Assembly (NCBI GenBank): GCA_964640085.1
Contig: CAZXFA010000005.1
Span: 46,438 to 110,437, forward strand
DNA: 64,000 bases
From: an uncultured Actinomycetes bacterium
GTDB taxonomy: Bacteria > Actinomycetota > UBA4738 > HRBIN12
Reading direction: 5' to 3'
Shown: piece after piece, positions 54,704 to 63,325 of the stretch
How the letters are laid out: each line of letters starts with the position of its first letter
How positions within the stretch are numbered: the stretch's first letter is position 1
Program-made: the position numbers and the translations under genes
Notes under the pieces: generated by a model
Seen by the model: the letters and a program-made list of their open reading frames with translations, nothing else
Told to the model about the DNA's origin: nothing
The model's database searches: none

Positions 54704-56836
54704 CTAACGAACCGGGATCCGTCCGGCGATCGAGGTCCCGGCCGCCGGCTCGGCGCGGATCTCGAGACCGCCCCCGACCGCCTCGAGGCGGTCGATCATG
54801 TTCTGGAGCCCGGTCCCGCGCGGCGTCAGATCCGGATCGAACCCGCGCCCGTCGTCGGTGACCTCGAAGCGGAGCACACCGTCGAGGGTCTCGAGCACAA
54901 CCTCGACCTCAGAAGCGTCCGCGTACTTCGCGGCGTTCTGCAAGGCCTCCAGCACGCAGAAGTACACGGTCGCCTCGATCTCCCGCGAGTAGCGCCCCGG
55001 GCCGTTCGCTCGGACCACGACCGGCACGGCCGCCTTCCCGGACTGGGCCTCGAGCGCCGCCACCAACCCTTGCTCAGCCAGCAGCGGCGGGTAGATCCCG
55101 CGGGCGAGATCCCGGAGCGACTCCAGCGTCTCCTGCGTTTCCCGCGCCAACTCCTGGAGGAGGGCCCGTTCCCTCTCGTCGTCCTCCCCGACCATCGCTT
55201 CGGCCAGCCTCGCCTTCACCGCGAGCGCGACCAACTGCTGCTGTGCTCCGTCGTGGAGGTCGCGCTCGATCTTCCGGCGCTCATCATCCTGGGCGGCGAC
55301 GAGCCGCTCACGCGATGCCCGGAGCTCCTCCACGAGCCGGACGTTCCTCAGCACCAGGCCCGCCTGGAGCGACAGGTCCCGTGCGAGCTTCTGCTCCGTG
55401 GGGGTGATCGGGTCGGACGCGCCCTTCGTCACCGAGAGGGCGCCGAGGAGCTCCCCGCGATCGAGGACCGGGACCGCATGGCTCACGTCGGGGAGGTCGG
55501 GGAGCTCCGCGCTCGCGGCCGCTCGGGGTGCGGATCGCGCGGCACCCTCGGGCCAGACCGCGGCGGGTCGGAGGTCCGTGCCCAGCCGGAGCCACACTTG
55601 GGCCCGCCGGGCGCCGGTCCCCTCGCCGAGGACCGTCGCCATCCTCGGCAGCACGTCCTCGGTGTCGTACGAGCCCGCGACACGCCCGGAGAACTCGGAT
55701 AGCACCTCATACGGCGTCGCCCGCTGCCCGTAGACGAGTCGGTTCGCGAGTCGCTGTGCCCACCGACGGACCGGTTGGAACGCGAGCGCCACCAGGGCGG
55801 CGGCGATCGCGGACAGCAGCGCGTTCCCGGAGCTTCCGACCAACGCCCCCACGCCCACCACGACGGCCACGTAGACGGCCGTGATGAACACCGCCAGGAC
55901 CCCGAACACGACGGTCTTGTTGATCACGACGTCGATGTCGTACAGCCGGTACCTGAGGATCGCGATGCCCACCGCCACAGGAACGCTCGTCACCGCCAGG
56001 ATGAGGACCGCCTCCGACAGATCCACGACCGTCGGATCGACCGGGGGAGCCTCTCCGAGCGGGACCGTCATCAGGACATTGGTCACGAAGGCCACCCCCA
56101 ACAACAGCCCCGCGGCCGCGACCCATCTGACCTGCGCCCGCTCCTCCGCTCCCGCCCGTCGGTAGCGGGGCGCGAGGGATCCGGCAGCGAGCGCCAGCGC
56201 GAGCAGGGCGATCGGGAGCGCGAGCAGTCCCAGCGGTTCAGCCCAGGAAGCGCCGAACGGGTTGGTCACCTCCCGAAACGTGTCCACCGGGCCGGGGAGG
56301 AACGCGACGGCCGGCACGACCAGGAGCCAGGAGGCGACCAACGCGTCTGCAACGACCCTCCATCTCCTCGAAAGCAGCCTTCCATGCGGGAAGAGCAGGA
56401 ACACGAGGCCCAGCAGCATCATCATCGGCATCCAGGTCCAGCCGCCGAGCCACGCGGCCACCACGCCCCCGGGGAGGGAGCCGCCTCGTACGAACAGGGC
56501 GTAGATCGCGTACAGGATCGTGAGCTCGGTCAGGCTGAGCGTCAGCCCCACGCCGCACAGCAGCCACCCGATCGGGTTCCCGGGCTGTCGAGAAGCGACG
56601 AGGGTGCCGAGCACCACGGTGGGCACACCGATCGCCAACGCGAGACCCCTCGGCCCGAACGAGCCCGATGGCTCGGGCGCCCCCCACTCCAGGACCAGCA
56701 GGATCACACCGACCAGCGCGAGCAGCACGACGAGCCCGAGGAGGGCCCGTGTGAGCAACGACGTCCTCCGGGTACGCATGTCCGACCTGACCATCCTCTG
56801 GCCTGAGCGGGAGATGGGGAAGGGTGGGACCACCAC
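54704..56836 (-). CDS. Membrane sensor histidine kinase, HisKA_3 (NarL-partner) type; no response regulator adjacent
   Basis: About 8 N-terminal TM helices, a GAF-like middle, ERRKIERDLHDGAQQQLVAL H-box, and the HATPase_c end. Start is GTG 56836, ATG 56794 or ATG 56779. Confidence 0.85.
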   Translation of the reverse strand: MVVPPFPISRSGQRMVRSDMRTRRTSLLTRALLGLVVLLALVGVILLVLEWGAPEPSGSFGPRGLALAIGVPTVVLGTLVASRQPGNPIGWLLCGVGLTLSLTELTILYAIYALFVRGGSLPGGVVAAWLGGWTWMPMMMLLGLVFLLFPHGRLLSRRWRVVADALVASWLLVVPAVAFLPGPVDTFREVTNPFGASWAEPLGLLALPIALLALALAAGSLAPRYRRAGAEERAQVRWVAAAGLLLGVAFVTNVLMTVPLGEAPPVDPTVVDLSEAVLILAVTSVPVAVGIAILRYRLYDIDVVINKTVVFGVLAVFITAVYVAVVVGVGALVGSSGNALLSAIAAALVALAFQPVRRWAQRLANRLVYGQRATPYEVLSEFSGRVAGSYDTEDVLPRMATVLGEGTGARRAQVWLRLGTDLRPAAVWPEGAARSAPRAAASAELPDLPDVSHAVPVLDRGELLGALSVTKGASDPITPTEQKLARDLSLQAGLVLRNVRLVEELRASRERLVAAQDDERRKIERDLHDGAQQQLVALAVKARLAEAMVGEDDERERALLQELARETQETLESLRDLARGIYPPLLAEQGLVAALEAQSGKAAVPVVVRANGPGRYSREIEATVYFCVLEALQNAAKYADASEVEVVLETLDGVLRFEVTDDGRGFDPDLTPRGTGLQNMIDRLEAVGGGLEIRAEPAAGTSIAGRIPVR

Positions 56837-56950
56837 CGCGAGCGGTGGTGGTCACCCGCTTCCCGCCCGATCCGGGTCCAGGTGCCGATGCAGGAGCCGG
56901 GGCGGCGGACAGCGACGGTCGCCCCGAGCCCGCGGAGGGACCCGCCCGCG

Positions 56951-56980
56951 GGATGCGATGCTCGCCCGGCATCCGGATGC
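56951..56980. promoter_or_regulatory. GATGC/GCATC motif cluster including perfect palindrome GCATCCGGATGC (56969-56980) in the HK / arcC divergent spacer
   Basis: GGATGCGATGCTCGCCCGGCATCCGGATGC, read directly from the sequence. Confidence 0.25.
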
Positions 56981-57065
56981 CCGTCCGATCGTCGTGACGT
57001 ACCGTTCCCGTGTCGGGGGGCCCGTTGGGTCCGCGACGCCCCGAGGGGCCGAGGAGGAGCGTGCG

Positions 57066-58016
57066 ATGGGCGACAAGACGGCGGTGGTCGCGATCGGCGG
57101 CAACTCGCTGATCAAGGACCGGATGCATCAGACGGTGCGCGATCAGTACATCGCCGCCGGGGAGACCTGCTGGCACATCGCGGCGATGATCCGGAACGGG
57201 TGGGACGTCGTGATCACTCACGGGAACGGGCCGCAGGTGGGGTTCATCCTGCGTCGGTCCGAGCTCGCGGCGCACGAGCTGCACGAGGTCCCGCTCGACG
57301 CCTGCGGGGCAGACACGCAGGGAGCGATCGGCTACGCGCTCCAGCAGAACCTGCACAACGACTTCGCCCGGCTGGAGATGGACAAGCGGGCAGTGACGGT
57401 GATCACGCAGGTCGAGGTCGCCGCCGACGATCCCGCCTTCGAGCACCCGACCAAGCCGATCGGCTCCTACATGGACGAGGGGCAGGCGCTGGGCCGGCGC
57501 GATCGCGACGGGTGGAGCGTGGTCGAGGACGCGGGTCGCGGGTGGCGTCGGGTCGTCCCCTCCCCCAAGCCGCTCAGGATCGTCGAGGAGGACGCGATCC
57601 GCTCGCTGCTCGAGCGGGGATTCGTGGTGATCGCCGTCGGGGGCGGCGGCATCCCGGTGGTCGCCGACGGCGAGGGGAACCTCTCGGGGATCGCGGCGGT
57701 GATCGACAAGGACCTGGCCTCCTCGCTCCTCGCCTCCCGCCTGCGAGCCGAGCTGCTCCTGATCAGCACCGCGGTGGAGAAGGTGGCCCTGCGGTTCGGC
57801 ACGCCGGAGCAGGAGTGGGTCGACCGCCTCACGGTCTCCGAGGCCGAGGGATACCTGGCCGAGGGGACCCACTTCGCCGAGGGGAGCATGGCGCCGAAGA
57901 TCCGGGCGGCCCTCTCGTTCGTCCACGCCACCGGCGGCACCGCGGTGATCACCGATCCGGACAACGTCGAGCGCGCGCTCGACGGCGACACGGGCACCCG
58001 GATCGTGCCGGGCTGA
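57066..58016 (+). CDS. arcC: Carbamate kinase
   Basis: VVAIGGNSL, ITHGNGPQVG, GGGGIPV and VIDKDLASS motifs. It is the 3-prime part of track ORF 56520..58016. Confidence 0.9.
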   Translation: MGDKTAVVAIGGNSLIKDRMHQTVRDQYIAAGETCWHIAAMIRNGWDVVITHGNGPQVGFILRRSELAAHELHEVPLDACGADTQGAIGYALQQNLHNDFARLEMDKRAVTVITQVEVAADDPAFEHPTKPIGSYMDEGQALGRRDRDGWSVVEDAGRGWRRVVPSPKPLRIVEEDAIRSLLERGFVVIAVGGGGIPVVADGEGNLSGIAAVIDKDLASSLLASRLRAELLLISTAVEKVALRFGTPEQEWVDRLTVSEAEGYLAEGTHFAEGSMAPKIRAALSFVHATGGTAVITDPDNVERALDGDTGTRIVPG

Positions 58017-58037
58017 TCCTGACGTAGGCTCCGCCCC

Positions 58038-58937
58038 GTGACGCACCGGCTGATCCTCGACGTCTCGAGCCTGATGTACCGCGCCTTCTTCGCGATGGGC
58101 GACACGATCGCGAGCCCGGCGGGCCGGCCGGTCGGCGCGGTGCACGGGTACCTGGACATGGTGGCCCGCCTGATCGTCTCCCGAGGTCCGGGGGAGGTGA
58201 TCCACGCCTACGATCACGAGTGGCGACCGGTCGCCCGGACGGACATCTACCCGGGGTACAAGGCCAAGCGTCAGCCCGACCCGGAGGGGCTCCCCGAACA
58301 GTTCCCGATGCTTCGCCAGGTGCTCGACCTGACCGACATGGTCCAGGCGCAGACCCGCGGGTGGGAGGCCGAGGACGCGATCGGCGCCCTGTGTGCAGAG
58401 GCGGCCCCGGCCGACCGTCTCGAGATCGTGAGCGGCGACCGTGACCTGATCCAGCTCGTCCGCGATCCGGCGGTGAAGCTCCTGTACACGGTGCGCGGCG
58501 TCTCGCGGCTCGACGAGCTCGACGAGGCCGCCGTGCTCGACCGGTACGGCGTGCCCGCCTCCCGCTACGCGGAGTTCGCGATCCTGCGGGGCGACCCGAG
58601 CGACGACCTTCCGGGCGTGCGGGGCGTCGGCGAGAAGACCGCGGCGGCGCTCGTGCGCGCCTACGGATCGCTCGATGAGATGCAGGCCGACGCGGCAGCC
58701 GACGACCCACGGCCCGGTCCGCTGAAGGGCAAGCCCGCGCTCCGCGCCCGGCTGCGGGAGGCCGCCGACTACATCGCCGCGATGCGGCGCCTGGTGCCGG
58801 TGAACGCGGACGCGCCGCTCGACCGGTGGGCCGGGGAGCGCGACGACGAGGGGCTGGCGGCGATCGCCGAGGAGCTCGCGATCCGCGGACCGGTGCAACG
58901 GCTCCGCGCCGCGCTGGATCTCGCGCAGGCCGGGTAG
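58038..58937 (+). CDS. 5-prime to 3-prime exonuclease / flap endonuclease (Pol I N-terminal domain-like)
   Basis: YPGYKAKR, GWEAEDAIG, SGDRDLIQL and GDPSDDLPGVRGVGEKTA motifs. GTG start. Confidence 0.9.
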   Translation: MTHRLILDVSSLMYRAFFAMGDTIASPAGRPVGAVHGYLDMVARLIVSRGPGEVIHAYDHEWRPVARTDIYPGYKAKRQPDPEGLPEQFPMLRQVLDLTDMVQAQTRGWEAEDAIGALCAEAAPADRLEIVSGDRDLIQLVRDPAVKLLYTVRGVSRLDELDEAAVLDRYGVPASRYAEFAILRGDPSDDLPGVRGVGEKTAAALVRAYGSLDEMQADAAADDPRPGPLKGKPALRARLREAADYIAAMRRLVPVNADAPLDRWAGERDDEGLAAIAEELAIRGPVQRLRAALDLAQAG

Positions 58938-58969
58938 GCTGCCTCGACCGTCGGACGGGAGGTGCGCGG

Positions 58970-59356
58970 ATGCGGGTGGCCAGGAACACCGAGGGCACGT
59001 ACGGCGAGGGCGACGCTGCCAGGTTCACGGGCACGGTCCACCTCCGGACCACGCTCGCGACAGAGGACGGGACGAACGTGGGGGTCGTCCACTTCTCGCC
59101 GGGCTCCCGGACGCACTGGCACCGGCACCCCGGGGGGCAGTTCCTGTTCGGGCTGGTCGGGCGGGGCCGGGTGCGCTCGCGCGACGAGGCGGGACACGTG
59201 CTCGAGCCGGGCGACGTCGTCCACGTCGGCCCGGAGGAGTGGCACTTCCACGGCGGGGGGGCGGACTCGACGATGGTGCACGTCTCCGTGAACGGCGGCG
59301 GCGCGCCGGAGTGGGGGGATCCGGTCACCGACGAGGAGTACGCGGAGGGGTTCTGA
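58970..59356 (+). CDS. Cupin-domain protein
   Basis: FSPGSRTHWHRHPGGQ and PGDVVHVGPEEWHFHG are cupin motifs. GGGAGG Shine-Dalgarno before ATG 58970. Confidence 0.8.
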   Translation: MRVARNTEGTYGEGDAARFTGTVHLRTTLATEDGTNVGVVHFSPGSRTHWHRHPGGQFLFGLVGRGRVRSRDEAGHVLEPGDVVHVGPEEWHFHGGGADSTMVHVSVNGGGAPEWGDPVTDEEYAEGF

Positions 59357-59358
59357 TC

Positions 59359-60552
59359 TCAGCCGAGGAGCTGGCGTCCCATCGCCTGGCGCCACTCCTC
59401 GTTGAAGTTGTAGAGGAACCGGTCCTGCCGCGGATAGACGCCGGTGGTGAATGCCCGAGAGCCCACGCCGGTCTGGGCGCGCTCGCACACCGCCCAGTCC
59501 TGCTTGGAGATGAGGTCCCAGAACTCGACGACGGGCTCGGGCCTGAACAGCCCGGGGTCCGCGATCGTCTCGGGCCGGAACAGGTACTCGGAAACCACGG
59601 TCGTGTGCGACGGCCCCTTCGGGAACGCGAGGTAGTACATCCCGCAGTCTGGGTGCAGGTTGAGCATCAGGTTCGGGAATTCGTAGCTCCCGTAGTACAT
59701 CGAGTAGTCCTCGGGGAGCAGGTCCGGGAGCTTGGGGAGCTCGCTCTTCCCGGTCACCGTGAAGCTCGTGGCGCCCTCCACCATCCGGTTGCCGTCGTCC
59801 CGGAGCTCCTCGTCCCACACCTCGCCGAACCGGAACAGCGGCACCACCTGGACCAGCTCGGGGTGGATGCTCGGGCAGTGGAGGCACTCGTTGTAGTTCT
59901 CCACGACGATCTTCCAGTTGGCCTCGACCTCGTAGACGATCCGGACGCCGACCCGCAGATCCTCCATCCTGAACCGCTCGAACGCCGTGATCGTCTCGGC
60001 CCCGTCGGTCAGGGCCTCCGTCAGCGGCCGGGGCCGGCGGGCGAGGTTCGCGAACACGAACCCGGCGTACGTGTCCACCTCGAACGCGTGAAGCGGGTGC
60101 GCTGACCGATCGAAGAACTCATCCTCCTGCACGTTCGGCGTCCCGATCAGGCGCCCGTTCAGGTCGAAGGTCCACGCGTGGTAGGGACACCGGAAGGCCT
60201 TGCGCACGTTGCCCTTGGCCTCGTCGTCGAGGAACTTGGTCCCGCGGTGCGCGCAGACGTTGTAGAAGCCGCGGAGCTCGGCCTCGGCGTTCCGGACGAT
60301 GAAGATCGACTCGCCCGCGAGGTCCTTCACCACGTAGTCGCCCGGCTCAGGGACCTCCTCGGCCCGGCCGACGCAGACCCAGTCCCCCCACCAGATGCGC
60401 TCCCGCTCCTCGTCGTAGACCTCGAACGAGGTGTAGTCGGCCCCGCCGAGCGTGGGACGGGGACGCCACTCGCGCTCGTCGTAGCGGAGGTGCGTGGCCT
60501 GCGGGCGGGGGTCGGTCCCGTGCGCCCGTGGGTGGGGGTCGGTCTCCTGCAT
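59359..60552 (-). CDS. Rieske [2Fe-2S] non-heme-iron oxygenase alpha subunit (choline/betaine-monooxygenase-like subgroup)
   Basis: CAHRG...CPYHAW Rieske motif and NWKIVVENYNECLHCPSIHPEL mononuclear-iron block. Start chosen at ATG 60552. Confidence 0.85.
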   Translation of the reverse strand: MQETDPHPRAHGTDPRPQATHLRYDEREWRPRPTLGGADYTSFEVYDEERERIWWGDWVCVGRAEEVPEPGDYVVKDLAGESIFIVRNAEAELRGFYNVCAHRGTKFLDDEAKGNVRKAFRCPYHAWTFDLNGRLIGTPNVQEDEFFDRSAHPLHAFEVDTYAGFVFANLARRPRPLTEALTDGAETITAFERFRMEDLRVGVRIVYEVEANWKIVVENYNECLHCPSIHPELVQVVPLFRFGEVWDEELRDDGNRMVEGATSFTVTGKSELPKLPDLLPEDYSMYYGSYEFPNLMLNLHPDCGMYYLAFPKGPSHTTVVSEYLFRPETIADPGLFRPEPVVEFWDLISKQDWAVCERAQTGVGSRAFTTGVYPRQDRFLYNFNEEWRQAMGRQLLG

Positions 60553-60571
60553 CGTGTCGCTCCGGTGTGGA

Positions 60572-60587
60572 TTGAACGACGGTTCAA
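60572..60587. promoter_or_regulatory. Inverted repeat TTGAAC-N4-GTTCAA 20 nt upstream of the Rieske oxygenase start (candidate operator)
   Basis: Read directly from the sequence. It sits in an AT-enriched patch of the divergent spacer 60553-60677. Confidence 0.25.
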
Positions 60588-60677
60588 ATTCACCACAGGA
60601 TACCCCCCGGGCCGCCCCGAGGGAAGACCTCGGGCGGGAGGCATCATCCGGCGGTTCCGTGGGTAGCATCGGGACCG

Positions 60678-61670
60678 GTGGGGGCCCTCCCAACGATCGT
60701 CGCTCACGAGCGCTGGTTCACGTCCGAGCGCCCGCCCGCGGATTGGTCGTTCCTCTTCGAGCCGGCCACGATGCTGCTGGTCGCCGCGGCGTTCGGGGCC
60801 GCGATCGCCTGGCGGTGGGTCGGCCGACGTCTCCCCCGCCCTGAGCTCCCGTTCCTCCGGCCGCTCGGGCGGCTGGCCCCGTGGGTCCCCCGCCTGCTCG
60901 CGATCCACGCGGGCGTCTCGCTCCTGGCCCAGGCGGCGCAACGGACCTACCTCGCGCCCGCGCTCGAGCTGCCGGACAACGCGTTCGGGATCGGCCTGCG
61001 GGTCCTGGAGGCCGTCCTCGGGGTGTGGCTCATCTCGGGCTTCCGGGTCCGGTGGGCGGCGGCGCTGGTGGTCGCTGCTGGACCGCTCGCGATCCCCCGG
61101 TACGGCCTGGTCCCGGTGCTCGAACGGATGGACCTGCTCGGGATCGCCCTGTTCCTGGCCCTCCTCCCGCCGGGGCCGGACGCCTGGGGGGAGACCCGCG
61201 AACCGCGCGCCCGGGTCGAGGTCGCCGTGTTCTGGCTCCGGGTCCTGGTCGGGGGATCGCTGGTCGTGCTCGCCCTGTCCGAGAAGCTCGTCAACCCCGA
61301 TCTCGCCCTCGCGTTCCTGGATCGGTACCCGGCGTTCAACCTGCTGCAGACGCTCGGCCTGGAGGTCGGCGATCTGGCGTTCGTCCGGCTCGCGGGGGCG
61401 ATCGAGCTGCTGTTCGGTCTGCTCCTGATCTCCGGGACCCTCCCCCAGGTGACGGTGATCGCGGCCGGGATCCCGTTCAACGCCACCTTGTTCTTCCTCG
61501 GCGCGGAGGAGCTGATCGGCCACCTGCCGATCTACGGCACCATGCTGGCGCTCCTCGTCTACGGCTCCACGCCCGACCTGGCCCCCACGATGGACCGCTT
61601 CCGGTGGCGCCGGATCGCGGAGGTCTCGCTGCGTGGGGCTGGGACGCGGGCGGGAACCAGCCCCGCCTGA
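60678..61670 (+). CDS. Polytopic membrane protein, function unknown
   Basis: About 8 hydrophobic spans with good codon bias. GTG start. Confidence 0.7.
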   Translation: MGALPTIVAHERWFTSERPPADWSFLFEPATMLLVAAAFGAAIAWRWVGRRLPRPELPFLRPLGRLAPWVPRLLAIHAGVSLLAQAAQRTYLAPALELPDNAFGIGLRVLEAVLGVWLISGFRVRWAAALVVAAGPLAIPRYGLVPVLERMDLLGIALFLALLPPGPDAWGETREPRARVEVAVFWLRVLVGGSLVVLALSEKLVNPDLALAFLDRYPAFNLLQTLGLEVGDLAFVRLAGAIELLFGLLLISGTLPQVTVIAAGIPFNATLFFLGAEELIGHLPIYGTMLALLVYGSTPDLAPTMDRFRWRRIAEVSLRGAGTRAGTSPA

Positions 61671-61870
61671 ACCGGGAACGAGCCCGCCTGGACCAGGGTC
61701 CGAGATAGGGCCGGACGATGGGGCTCGCCCCCGGTGACGGGCTGAGCGTCTCGCCCGAGCCCTGTGAGCGCGTTCCAGGGGTCGACCGGTCCCCCGCCGG
61801 AGCAGGGCCTGGCCGCTCGACCGGACCGAGGATGCGGCCCTGAGGGAGCGCGGGATGGTAGGGGTAGGCG

Positions 61871-63313
61871 ATGCGGATCCTGATCTGGCACGGCTGGCTG
61901 CTCGAGGGCTCGGGCTCGAACATCGGGGCCGCCCGGCTCTCGGAGGTGCTCCGGGCCGCCGGCCACGAGGTGCTGCTCCTGTGCCAGGAGGGACACCCGG
62001 GGCGCTACGGCTGGATCGACGCGTCTGGCACCGTGGGCCCCGATGGGGTCTCCGAGCTCCGACCGAACCCGGCGGCCACGCCGAACGCCGGGAGCTGCGT
62101 CCTGCTCCGGCCCGAGATCGGAACCCTCCTGCCGGTGTTCGTGGTCGACGAGTACGAGGGGTTCGATGTCAAGGCTTTCGTCGACCTCACCGACGACGAG
62201 CTCCAGCGATACCTGGAGCGGAACGTCGCGGCCGCGCGCGCCACCGCGGCGTGGCGCCGACCCGACGCCGTCCTGGCGGGCCACGCCGTGCCGGGTCCCG
62301 TGATCGCGCGGCGGGCGCTCGGAGCCGGGTCGTACGTCGGCCGGATCCATGGCAGCGACCTCGAGTACGCGGTGCGCATCCAGCCTCGGTACCGGGACCT
62401 GGCCGCGGAGGGACTCGGCGCGGCGAGGGCGGTGATCGGTCCCTCGGCGGAGGCGATCGGCCGATGCGTGGAGCTGGTCCCCGAAGCCGCCGGTCGCACG
62501 CGCGTGATCCATCCGGGGGTCGCGGTCGACGCGTTCCGGCCCCGCCCCCGACGCGAGGCGCTGCTCGAGGCCGCCGAGCGGCTGGAGACCGATCCCGACA
62601 CGGCCCGCGGGCGCCCCTCCTCCCACGACGCGCTCGTCACCCGCGCGCTCGAGGCCGGCCACCTCGACGAGCTCGATCGCCTGGCGGCGACCTACGACCA
62701 GGGCGTCCCGGATCCGGGAGCGGCGGGGCGCCTCCGACGGCTCGCCGACGGTGCGCGCCCGCTGGTCGGGTACCTCGGCAAACTGATCCCGCAGAAGGGC
62801 GTCGACGTGCTGCTCGCGGCCGCGTCGCGGGCGCGATCGGACTTCGACCTGCTGATCGTGGGGTTCGGGACGCACCGCGAGCGGCTGGAGGCCTTCGCGC
62901 GGGAGGCGGGCCGGCGGGTCCGATTCACCGGGCGGCTCGACCATCGGTACGCGCCCGAGGTCCTGGCAGCGATGGACGTGCTCGTCGTCCCCTCGGTCCT
63001 CGAGGAGGCCTTCGGCATGGTGGCGGCCGAAGGGGCGGCCGCCGGGGCGCTCCCGCTGGTCGCTCGCCATTCGGGGTTGGCCGAGGTCGGCGCGGAGCTC
63101 GAGGCAGAGATCGGCCGGCCCGGGCTGCTCTCCTTCGAGCCGGGCCCGGATGCCGTGCGAGCGCTCGCGGCGGGGATCGACCGCCTCCTCGCCCTCCCGC
63201 CGGCTGAGCGGGACGAGATCGGGGGGCGGTTGAGCGCGTTCGTGGCCCGGGAGTGGACCTGGGAGCGGGACGCCGAGCACCTGCTCGAGGCGGCGACGGA
63301 CGGGGCGGCGTAG
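61871..63313 (+). CDS. Glycosyltransferase family 4 (GT-B fold)
   Basis: MRILIWHGW... N-terminus, GYLGKLIPQKGVD, and VPSVLEEAFGMVAAEGAAAGALP (E-x7-E) motifs. Confidence 0.85.
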   Translation: MRILIWHGWLLEGSGSNIGAARLSEVLRAAGHEVLLLCQEGHPGRYGWIDASGTVGPDGVSELRPNPAATPNAGSCVLLRPEIGTLLPVFVVDEYEGFDVKAFVDLTDDELQRYLERNVAAARATAAWRRPDAVLAGHAVPGPVIARRALGAGSYVGRIHGSDLEYAVRIQPRYRDLAAEGLGAARAVIGPSAEAIGRCVELVPEAAGRTRVIHPGVAVDAFRPRPRREALLEAAERLETDPDTARGRPSSHDALVTRALEAGHLDELDRLAATYDQGVPDPGAAGRLRRLADGARPLVGYLGKLIPQKGVDVLLAAASRARSDFDLLIVGFGTHRERLEAFAREAGRRVRFTGRLDHRYAPEVLAAMDVLVVPSVLEEAFGMVAAEGAAAGALPLVARHSGLAEVGAELEAEIGRPGLLSFEPGPDAVRALAAGIDRLLALPPAERDEIGGRLSAFVAREWTWERDAEHLLEAATDGAA

Positions 63314-63325
63314 GCTGGTCGAACC

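Noticed and set aside
56837-57065. The 229-nt leader upstream of arcC, checked for a guanidine/ykkC-type or other riboswitch.
   Set aside because: I found hairpins (e.g. CCCGCGG...CCGCGGG) but none of the conserved riboswitch core sequences I remember. Structure alone is uninformative in GC-rich RNA.
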